Below, one piece after another: positions 36,767-44,610 of a stretch of 64,000 nucleotides of DNA. The stretch lies in contig CBDEVO010000003.1 in assembly GCA_965243615.1 (NCBI GenBank), forward strand, positions 3,464,383 through 3,528,382. The letters run 5' to 3'. The DNA comes from Vicinamibacterales bacterium. GTDB lineage: Bacteria > Acidobacteriota > Vicinamibacteria > Vicinamibacterales > UBA8438. Each line of letters opens with the position of its first letter. Position 1 is the first letter of the stretch. A program made the translations under genes and the position numbers. The notes under the pieces are model-generated. The model was not told where the DNA came from. It made no database searches and worked only from the letters and a program-made list of their open reading frames with translations.

Positions 36767-37947
36767 CCCAGCCTCATGCGCTCCAGGCCGACCACCCGGT
36801 CGTAGGCCAGATAGAGCACCGCCACGCAGGCCAGCAGGATCCCGCCGAGGGCGCCGGCGAGCCCCCAGTTCAGCGAGGTCTGCATGTGGTAGGCGATGAA
36901 GTTCGAGATGAGCTGGCCGCTCTGGCCGCCCACCAGGGCCGGCGTGATGTAGTAGCCGATGGCGAGGATGAAGACGAGCAGAGACCCCGCGCCCACCCCG
37001 GAGAGCGTCTGCGGCCAGTAGACGCGCAGGAACGCCCGCGGAAAGCTCGCCCCCAGCGAGGCGGCGGCGTTCATCTGCTGCGGCGGAATCGCTCGCATGA
37101 TCGAGTAGACCGGCAGCACCATGAACGGGAGCAGCACGTGGGTCATCGCCACCACCGTGCCCGTCATGTTGTAGATGAGGGCGATGCGGCCGTCGTCGGC
37201 GAGCAGCCCGAGGGCGACCAGCACGTCGTTGACGACCCCCTGGGTCTGGAGCAGCACGATCCACGAGGTGGTCCTGACGAGGAGCGACGTCCAGAACGGC
37301 AGCAGGACCAGCCCGAGGAGCAGCCCGGCGCGCCGCGGCGGCGCGTGGGCGATGAGGTAGGCGACGGGATAGCCGAGCAGCAGGCACAGCGCGGTGATGC
37401 CGAGGCTCACGACGAGGGTGCGCCACAGCAGGGCCACGTAGATGCGGCGCTCGGGCGGCTGGCGGGCGATCGACCCGTCGGGCAGGCGCTGCAGGTCGAC
37501 CGCGTTCAGGTAGTGGCGGGCGGTGAGGCGGTCGCCGGCGGTGCGGACGGCCTGCCAGGTCGCGGGCTCGCCCCAGCGGTCGTCGATCTCCAGCATGACC
37601 GCGCGCCACGGCCCCCCCGAGAAGTCCTGCAGCCGTCGCCCGCTGCGCACGACGACGCTCCGCAGGCCGCCGCGCACCCGGTTGATGCGGCTCGCCACGC
37701 GGCCGATGGTCCGTTCCTCGCGCGCGCGCAGCAGCTCGCGCGCGGCCGCCGCGTACGCCGCCTCGCCCGGATCTGACCGCCCGTCCCAGTCGCGCAGCGC
37801 GGCAAGGGTGTCGGGCAGGGCGTCGGCGACCACCGGGTCGTAGACACTGCGTACGAGCATCGTCGCCAGCGGCACCACGAACGTGACGCCGATGAAGGCG
37901 ACCAGCGGCAGGGTCAGCCGGGCCGCGCGGAGGGCGGGTCGGGTCAC
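36763..37947 (-). CDS. Polyamine-type ABC transporter permease (PotB-like)
   Basis: LLPFWTSLLVRTTSW, AAASLGA, GYYITPALVGG. Confidence 0.9.
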   Translation of the reverse strand: MTRPALRAARLTLPLVAFIGVTFVVPLATMLVRSVYDPVVADALPDTLAALRDWDGRSDPGEAAYAAAARELLRAREERTIGRVASRINRVRGGLRSVVVRSGRRLQDFSGGPWRAVMLEIDDRWGEPATWQAVRTAGDRLTARHYLNAVDLQRLPDGSIARQPPERRIYVALLWRTLVVSLGITALCLLLGYPVAYLIAHAPPRRAGLLLGLVLLPFWTSLLVRTTSWIVLLQTQGVVNDVLVALGLLADDGRIALIYNMTGTVVAMTHVLLPFMVLPVYSIMRAIPPQQMNAAASLGASFPRAFLRVYWPQTLSGVGAGSLLVFILAIGYYITPALVGGQSGQLISNFIAYHMQTSLNWGLAGALGGILLACVAVLYLAYDRVVGLERMRLG

Positions 37948-39065
37948 CGGGCCAGCCACGCGCTGAAGCGCTCGTTCATCTCGTCCATGTGGTCGCTCCA
38001 CCACGCCCAGTCGTTCTGCAGCGCGCGCCTCGTGTTCGCCGGCCAGGCGGGCATGTGCGGGTTCATGTCGATGCCGGTGTCGGCGTGGGTCGAGACGAGT
38101 GGGGCGCCGGAACGGCGCGCGGGGCTGTAGGCGATGTAGCGGCTCACGGCGACCATCGACGCGGTGGTCGAGGCGAACCTGACGAGGTCGAGGGCCGCCT
38201 CGAGGTCGGGCGTTCCCGCGACGATGCCGATCTGGCCCACGTCCAGCACCTGGCCGTCCCACACGATCACGAGCGGCTGGTCCTCCAGGTTCTGCGCGTT
38301 GAAGATGCGCCCGTTGTAGGCGGTGCTCATCACCACCTCGCCGTCCGCCAGCATCTGCGGGGGCTGCGCGCCCGCCTCCCACCACACCACCTGGTCCTTG
38401 ATGGTGTCGAGCTTGCGGAAGGCGCGGTCGAGCCCCTGGGGCGTGTCTAGGGTGGCGTACACCCGGTCGAGCGGCACCCCGTCAGCGATGAGGGCGAGCT
38501 CGAGGTTCGCGAACGGCACCCGCCGGAGTCCGCGGCGGCCGGGGAAGCGCTCGAGGTCGAAGAAGTCCTCCAGGGTGGTCGGCCTCTCGCCGGTCAGGCG
38601 TTCGGCGTTGTAGGCGTAGACGTTGGAGTAGAGCGACGTGCCCACGCCGCACTCCAGCAGCGCGTTGGGCAGGAAGTCGTCCTCGGGGGGCGTCCCGTCC
38701 GCCCCCGGCGCGAGGAGGGCGGGGCCGATGGGCTCGAGAATGCCCTCGTCGCAGCCGCTCACCGCGTCTGGGGTCTCGAGGTCGATGACGTCCCAGTGGA
38801 TGTTGCCGGTCTCCACCTGGGCGCGCACCTGGGCGAGCCCGCCGTTGTAGTCGTCGAGGCGGATCTCGATGCCGGTCTCGGCCGTGAAGGGCTCGAGGTA
38901 GCCCCGGGTGATGGCCTGCGCGTACGAGCCGCCCCAGGAAATCACCGTCAGCGAGTCGCCGGGAGGCGGCCCGCAGTCGGCCGCCAGCACCGTCGCCGCC
39001 GCCACCGCGGACGTCAACGCCACGAGGCGGCCGGCGGCGGCGGATCGCCCGGCGACACGGTTCAC
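37944..39065 (-). CDS. Polyamine-type ABC substrate-binding protein (PotD-like)
   Basis: SWGGSY, WDVID, FPGRRGL, LADGEVVM. Confidence 0.9.
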   Translation of the reverse strand: MNRVAGRSAAAGRLVALTSAVAAATVLAADCGPPPGDSLTVISWGGSYAQAITRGYLEPFTAETGIEIRLDDYNGGLAQVRAQVETGNIHWDVIDLETPDAVSGCDEGILEPIGPALLAPGADGTPPEDDFLPNALLECGVGTSLYSNVYAYNAERLTGERPTTLEDFFDLERFPGRRGLRRVPFANLELALIADGVPLDRVYATLDTPQGLDRAFRKLDTIKDQVVWWEAGAQPPQMLADGEVVMSTAYNGRIFNAQNLEDQPLVIVWDGQVLDVGQIGIVAGTPDLEAALDLVRFASTTASMVAVSRYIAYSPARRSGAPLVSTHADTGIDMNPHMPAWPANTRRALQNDWAWWSDHMDEMNERFSAWLAR

Positions 39066-40234
39066 GCCGCGCCCTCCCCGCCGTCGGCGTCCAGGACCCG
39101 GCTGTCGGTCGACGTCCAGCCGATGCGGATGCGGTCTCCCTCGAGCACCGCGCCGTGCCCCACCACGTTGGGGATCTTCACGATGAAGTCCGGCTGGTCG
39201 CAGACGGTGACCCGGATGCGGAGGTGGTCGCCGAGGAAGGTCACGTCGTCGACCGTCGCTTCGAACTCGTTGGTGTACATGCCCGGCTCGGGGGCGATCG
39301 ACACGCGCTCGGGGCGGATGGACAGGAGGACCCGGTCGCCGGCCCCGCACGGGACGACCCGCAGCGCCTGGACCTGCCGGCCGCCGACGTCGACGTCGCA
39401 GATGTCTCCCCGGACGTTCCTCACCCGCCCCGGAAGGCGGTTGTTCTCGCCGATGAACCGGGCCACGAACGAGCAGTCCGGCTCTTCGTAGAGGGCCTCG
39501 GGCGAGGCGATCTGCTCGACGACGCCGGCCCGGAACACCGCGACCCGGTCCGACATCACCATCGCCTCGTGCTGGTCGTGGGTGACGTACACCATGGTGA
39601 CCCCGAGGTCGCGGTGGATGCGGCGGATCTCGTACTGCAGCTCCTCACGCAGGCGGCGGTCGAGGGCGCCGAGCGGCTCGTCCATCAGGACGAGGTCCGG
39701 CTCGAACACGAGGGCGCGCGCGATGGCCACGCGTTGCTGCTGGCCGCCCGACAACTGGCCGGGCCGCCGCTGCTCCAGACCTTCCAGCCGTACGAGCTCC
39801 AGGGCGCGGCGGACGCGGGCGCGCCGGTCTTCGGGGGCGAGGCCGCGCACCTCGAGAGGAAAGGCGAGGTTATCGCCCACCGTCATGTGCGGGAAGAGGG
39901 CGTAGTTCTGGAACACCATGCCGATGCCGCGCCGGCGCGGCGGCAGATGATGCACCGAGCTCCCGGCGATGCGGATGACCCCCGAGGTGGGCGCCTCGAA
40001 TCCGGCCAGCATCATCAGGCAGGTCGTCTTGCCTGATCCCGAGGGCCCGAGCAGGGTGAGGAACTCGCCCTTGGCAATCCGCAGGTCGAGGTCGCGCACG
40101 ACCAGGGTGCGGCCGTCGTAGCTCTTGGTGACGCGCTCGAAGGCGACGTACCCGGCGTCGTTCGGGGACTGTCCGCGCGGCGCCGACGCCACCGGCGTCG
40201 GCCCCCTTTCGAGGGCGCTGCTCGATTCCGGCAC
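39062..40234 (-). CDS. Polyamine-type ABC ATP-binding protein (PotA-like)
   Basis: GPSGSGKT, LSGGQQQR, MDEP, TOBE-like C-terminus; start inferred. Confidence 0.92.
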   Translation of the reverse strand: MPESSSALERGPTPVASAPRGQSPNDAGYVAFERVTKSYDGRTLVVRDLDLRIAKGEFLTLLGPSGSGKTTCLMMLAGFEAPTSGVIRIAGSSVHHLPPRRRGIGMVFQNYALFPHMTVGDNLAFPLEVRGLAPEDRRARVRRALELVRLEGLEQRRPGQLSGGQQQRVAIARALVFEPDLVLMDEPLGALDRRLREELQYEIRRIHRDLGVTMVYVTHDQHEAMVMSDRVAVFRAGVVEQIASPEALYEEPDCSFVARFIGENNRLPGRVRNVRGDICDVDVGGRQVQALRVVPCGAGDRVLLSIRPERVSIAPEPGMYTNEFEATVDDVTFLGDHLRIRVTVCDQPDFIVKIPNVVGHGAVLEGDRIRIGWTSTDSRVLDADGGEGAA

Positions 40235-40240
40235 CGGCGA

Positions 40241-40246
40241 ATTATA
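40241..40246 (-). promoter_or_regulatory. Consensus -10 box, probable leaderless start of the pot operon
   Basis: TATAAT on the minus strand, 6 nt before GTG 40234. Confidence 0.5.
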
Positions 40247-40371
40247 CTGTCGGTGAATCGCGACGTAGGCACGGCATTGGCGGGCCGCCGGAATCGCCCG
40301 GCCGGCGGCGTTCGCGGCTTCGGGTGCGCACGAGCCGGATCGCAAGGTTCCGGGGCGCCCGGTGGGTGTCG

Positions 40372-41190
40372 ATGGCTCTGGCACACGGGCCGGCGAGGTC
40401 AGACGTGATCGCAAGCAGAACCGTTCCGGGCTGGCGGCGTTGGGGACTGGCGGCGGTGATAGCGGGCGTCGCGGCGGCGCCGGCGGCGGCGCAGACCGAG
40501 TTCCAGTTCCAGTACGGCAATCTCGTGAATCCGTTCTCGGCCGAGTCCGCGCCGAGCCGGATCCTGACGTTCCAGCAGGCGTCGAGCTGGTCGCTCGGCG
40601 ACAGCTTCTTCTTCATCGACTACATCGACGACGACCTCGTCGACGGCTTCAACGACAAGGACTTCTACGGCGAGTGGTACCCGACGCTGAGCTTCGGCAA
40701 GATGTCGGGCCGGACCGTGGGCGGGGGGGCGCTCCGGGACGTGGCCCTGATCGGCGGCATCAACTTCGGCGGCGACGCCGACTTCTTCAAGTACCTGCCC
40801 GGCGTCCGGCTGTCCTGGGCGGTGCCCGGCTTCTTCTTCCTCAACACCGACTTCACCGCGTTCATCGACGGCAACACCGGGAGCGCCGCTCCGCGGACGA
40901 GCAACAGTTGGATGTTCGACGTCAACTGGGGCGCCGGGTTCGACGTCGGCACCCAGTCGTTCGCGTTCTTCGGCCACGCCGAGTACATCCACCGCGTCAC
41001 CGACGAGTTCGGGAACGAGGTCCGGAGCTGGATCCTCGCCCAGCCGCAGTTCGTGTGGGACCTTGGGAAGGCGATCAGCGGCCAGGCGAACCAGCTCTTC
41101 CTGGGCGGCGAGTACCAGTACTGGCCGAACAAGCTGGGCGCCGACACCGACGAGAACTTGATTCAGCTCCTGATCATCTGGCGGCTCTGA
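40372..41190 (+). CDS. Tsx-like outer-membrane channel
   Basis: Signal peptide (AAA-Q), GDSFFFID, FYGEWYPTLS, GEYQYW.NK, aromatic C-terminal beta strand. Confidence 0.75.
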   Translation: MALAHGPARSDVIASRTVPGWRRWGLAAVIAGVAAAPAAAQTEFQFQYGNLVNPFSAESAPSRILTFQQASSWSLGDSFFFIDYIDDDLVDGFNDKDFYGEWYPTLSFGKMSGRTVGGGALRDVALIGGINFGGDADFFKYLPGVRLSWAVPGFFFLNTDFTAFIDGNTGSAAPRTSNSWMFDVNWGAGFDVGTQSFAFFGHAEYIHRVTDEFGNEVRSWILAQPQFVWDLGKAISGQANQLFLGGEYQYWPNKLGADTDENLIQLLIIWRL

Positions 41191-41201
41191 CGGGGCACCG
41201 C

Positions 41202-42635
41202 ATGGATTTCGGCGCGTACGAGATCGACCCCGCCGTCTACGACGAGATGTTCGGGCCGGACGGCGCGCCCCGCGAGCACAGCCGGGCGCTCCGCGAGGCG
41301 CTGGGCCGGCTGTCGGCCGCCGATCTCGGCGAGATCCAGGAGCGGGTCGGCCGCTCGTTCCTCAACGAGGGCATCACCTTCACCGTCTACGGCGACGACT
41401 CGGCGGAAGAGCGCATCATCCCCATCGACTGCATTCCCCGCATCCTGGCCGCGGAGGAGTGGAAGCAGCTCGAGGCGGGGCTCGCGCAGCGGGTCCTCGC
41501 CCTGAACCACTTCCTCGCCGACGTCTACAGCGACGCCCGCGCCGTGGCCGACGGGGTCATCCCCGAAGAGCTGGTGTACGACTGCCCGCAGTACCGGCGC
41601 GAGATGCGCGGGATGCGCCCGCCCCACGGTACGTGGGTCGCCATCTGCGGCACGGACGTCGTGCGCACCAACGACGGGTTCACGGTGCTCGAGGACAACC
41701 TGCGGGTGCCCTCGGGCGTTTCCTACATGATCGCCAACCGCCGGGCGGTGAAGGCGAGCCTGCGTCGTCTCTACCGGCAGTGCCGCGTGCGGGAGGTCGA
41801 GCACTACGGGCGCCTCCTGCGCGAGACCCTCCGCGAGCTCGCCCCCGCCGGCAGCCGCGAGCCGACCCTCGCCCTGCTGACCCCCGGGGTGGCGAACGCG
41901 GCGTTCTACGAGCACATGTTCCTCGCCGACGAGATCGGCGGGGAGCTGGTGGAGGGACGTGACCTGGTGGTGAGGAACCGGGCCGTCTACATGCGCACGA
42001 CGGAGGGGCTGCGGCGCGTCGACGTCATCTACCGGCGCGTGGACGACGACTTCCTCGACCCCCTCGTCTTCCGCCCCGACTCGCTGCTCGGCGTGCCCGG
42101 CCTGATGGAGGCGTACCGGCACGGCAGCGTCGTCATCGCCAACGCCCCCGGGACCGGGGTGGCCGACGACAAGAGCGTGTATCCCTACGTGCCGGACCTG
42201 ATCCGCTACTATCTGAGCGAGGATCCGATCATCGCCAACGTGCCGACCCGCATCTGCCGGCGTCCGGCCGATCTCGAGTACACCCTCGACAATCTCGAAC
42301 GGCTCATCGTGAAGCGGGTCGGCGAGTCGGGCGGCTACGGCATGCTCGTCGGTCCCCATGCCACCCCCGCCGAGCGCGAGGCGTACGCGCGGGAGATGCG
42401 GGCCGATCCGGCCGACTTCGTCTCCCAGCCGGTGCTGGACCTCTCCCGGGCGCCCTGCTTCATCGACGGGGGGGCCGAGCCCCGCCACGTCGACCTGCGC
42501 CCGTTCGTGCTGCGGGGGCGGCGCACCCGCCTCGTGCCCGGTGCGTTCTGCCGCGTCGCCCTCCGCCGCGGCAGCATCGTCGTGAACTCGAGCCAGGGCG
42601 GCGGGGGCAAGGACGTCTGGGTGCTGGAAGGCTGA
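41202..42635 (+). CDS. Circularly permuted type 2 ATP-grasp protein
   Basis: VLEDNLRVPSGVSY, YRRVDDDFLDP, GTGVADDK, VVNSSQGGGGKD. Confidence 0.93.
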   Translation: MDFGAYEIDPAVYDEMFGPDGAPREHSRALREALGRLSAADLGEIQERVGRSFLNEGITFTVYGDDSAEERIIPIDCIPRILAAEEWKQLEAGLAQRVLALNHFLADVYSDARAVADGVIPEELVYDCPQYRREMRGMRPPHGTWVAICGTDVVRTNDGFTVLEDNLRVPSGVSYMIANRRAVKASLRRLYRQCRVREVEHYGRLLRETLRELAPAGSREPTLALLTPGVANAAFYEHMFLADEIGGELVEGRDLVVRNRAVYMRTTEGLRRVDVIYRRVDDDFLDPLVFRPDSLLGVPGLMEAYRHGSVVIANAPGTGVADDKSVYPYVPDLIRYYLSEDPIIANVPTRICRRPADLEYTLDNLERLIVKRVGESGGYGMLVGPHATPAEREAYAREMRADPADFVSQPVLDLSRAPCFIDGGAEPRHVDLRPFVLRGRRTRLVPGAFCRVALRRGSIVVNSSQGGGGKDVWVLEG

Positions 42636-43610
42636 ATGCTGGCCCGAAACGCGGAAGGTCTCTACTGGATGGGCCGCTACGTCGAGCGGACGAGCCACCT
42701 GTGCCGTTTGCTGCGCGAGCAGATGGAGACCCTCGTCGACCGGCCCGTCCGCGACATCAACTTCGGCTGGCGCCGCATCTACGGTGCATTGCGCCGGCGG
42801 CCTGCCGGTCCCGCGATCGGGTTCGGCGGCTTCGACGACGACTTCACCCTCGCCGACTCGTTCGCGCTCGCCGACGATCTCACCTTCGAGCGATCCAACC
42901 CCGATTCGGTCTGGAGCTGCTTCGCGGCGGGCCGCGAGAACGCGCGCCAGATGCGGCACTGCATCACCGGCGAGATGTGGACCTCGCTCAATCTTCCCTA
43001 CCTGCGCCTCCGGGAGCTGCGCATCGAGGACATCTGGAAGACCGCTCCGGAGAGCTTCTACGCGGAGGTGTCGCGGGACATCGACACCTTCACGGGCGTG
43101 GCCGAGCGGACCCTGTATCGAGACGACCGCTGGCGTTTCCTGCGGATCGGCCGGTGTATCGAGCGCGTGCAACTGGCGGTCTCACTGCTGCTGGCTCACC
43201 TCGAAGGCATTGCGGCGGTGGAGGAGGTCTCCGACCACGACTGGATGAGCCTGCTGCGCGTCTGTCACGCACTCGACGCCTACACGCAGCGGTACGGCGT
43301 CGCGGTCCGCATGGACCAGGTGTTCGACCTGCTGGTCGTCGATTCCGGGCTGCCGCGATCGCTGTACACGGCCTCCGACACGGCGGCCCGCGAGATGGGT
43401 GCGCTGGCGCCGGGGGCGGGACCGGTCGGAGACGCCCTGCGTCTCGGAGCGCAGATGACGACGACCGTGCGCCGCCGATGGCCGTCGGACGAACCTGCCC
43501 TGGAGGAACGCTGCGATCGGCTCCGGGAGATCGAAGCCCAGTGCCGCCGCTTCCACGACCTGATGATGGCGGCTCAGGTGCAGTACGAGATCGACGTTCC
43601 CGCGCCGTGA
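42636..43610 (+). CDS. Alpha-E domain protein
   Basis: LYWMGRYVER and IGRCIER ER motifs; adjacent to the CP-ATP-grasp gene. Confidence 0.9.
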   Translation: MLARNAEGLYWMGRYVERTSHLCRLLREQMETLVDRPVRDINFGWRRIYGALRRRPAGPAIGFGGFDDDFTLADSFALADDLTFERSNPDSVWSCFAAGRENARQMRHCITGEMWTSLNLPYLRLRELRIEDIWKTAPESFYAEVSRDIDTFTGVAERTLYRDDRWRFLRIGRCIERVQLAVSLLLAHLEGIAAVEEVSDHDWMSLLRVCHALDAYTQRYGVAVRMDQVFDLLVVDSGLPRSLYTASDTAAREMGALAPGAGPVGDALRLGAQMTTTVRRRWPSDEPALEERCDRLREIEAQCRRFHDLMMAAQVQYEIDVPAP

Positions 43611-43618
43611 CGGACGCA

Positions 43619-43682
43619 GGACGCGGACCGGAACGGCGGCCGCCGGACGGGGGAACTCCGGCGGCCCGGGCATGCCGCGTCC
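43619..43682. terminator. Long interrupted hairpin between convergent genes
   Basis: GGACGCGG...GCCGCCGGA-loop-TCCGGCGGC...CCGCGTCC. Confidence 0.4.
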
Positions 43683-43708
43683 GAGGACACGTGCCGCCGA
43701 AGGACCGG

Positions 43709-44047
43709 TCAGGAGACCTCGAGAGCCGCCTGCCGCGAGTCGCGTATCGGAATGATCTGATCGAAGCCGCTGACGCGGAACACTTCCTCGATGTGGTCCT
43801 GCATGTTGCACAGGGCGATGGTGCCCTCGTTGGCGCTGAGTCTCTTCGCCGCGATCAGGAGCACCCGCATGCCCGAGCTGCTGATGAACGACAGACGGCC
43901 GAAGTCGAAGATCAAGCGGCGCTCGTCGTTGCCGATGTGTTCCATGACGATCGACTCGAACGCCCGCGCGTTCGCGCTGTCGAGCCGCCCCACCGGGAGC
44001 AGAATCAACGCCCCGTTTTCCCGTTCTTCCGCGACTTCAATGTTCAT
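43709..44047 (-). CDS. STAS anti-anti-sigma factor
   Basis: GRLDS, LSFISSSGMRVL phospho-Ser motif. Confidence 0.92.
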   Translation of the reverse strand: MNIEVAEERENGALILLPVGRLDSANARAFESIVMEHIGNDERRLIFDFGRLSFISSSGMRVLLIAAKRLSANEGTIALCNMQDHIEEVFRVSGFDQIIPIRDSRQAALEVS

Positions 44048-44083
44048 CGATGCCCCTCGGCGGAAAGCCCGTCGACCATGCGG

Positions 44084-44527
44084 TCACTCGGACTCCGACT
44101 TGAAGTGGTGATGTACCGTCAGGCGGTTCCTGCCGTCCACGAACTCGTAGGACAGGTCGTGGGCGAAGGTCCTGACCAGGTGCAGGCCAAGGCCGCCCAC
44201 CGCCCGGTCCTCCAGTGCCGACGTGGTGTCAACGCCGTCCCCGTCCATCGCCGTCGGATCGAACGGCGACCCGTTGTCCTCCATGGTCAGGGTCACGATG
44301 TTCCGTTCGGCCTTCAGGTGGATGTCTATCGTCGGGTCGGGCACGTCGAACGTGCCATGCGTGATGGCGTTGGTGATCAGCTCGTCCAGCGCCAGGTTGA
44401 TGATGAACACCGTCGGCTGCGGCAACCGGTTGGCGTCCCCGAACTCCTCGACGGAGGCCGAGAGGTTGCGCACCTCGGTCAGCTTGGCCGGTAGCGAGAC
44501 ATGAAGGTCAGGCATGGTTTCGTGCAT
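44084..44527 (-). CDS. RsbW-like anti-sigma Ser kinase (HATPase)
   Basis: ELITNAITHG, DNGSPFDP, GGLGLHLV. Confidence 0.92.
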   Translation of the reverse strand: MHETMPDLHVSLPAKLTEVRNLSASVEEFGDANRLPQPTVFIINLALDELITNAITHGTFDVPDPTIDIHLKAERNIVTLTMEDNGSPFDPTAMDGDGVDTTSALEDRAVGGLGLHLVRTFAHDLSYEFVDGRNRLTVHHHFKSESE

Positions 44528-44610
44528 GACGGCCGGTCTGCAAGCACGCCACTATAGCAGACATCCGGTTCGGCCAATCCACTCGTCGTGTCAGCGGGAT
44601 ACCGGCGCGG

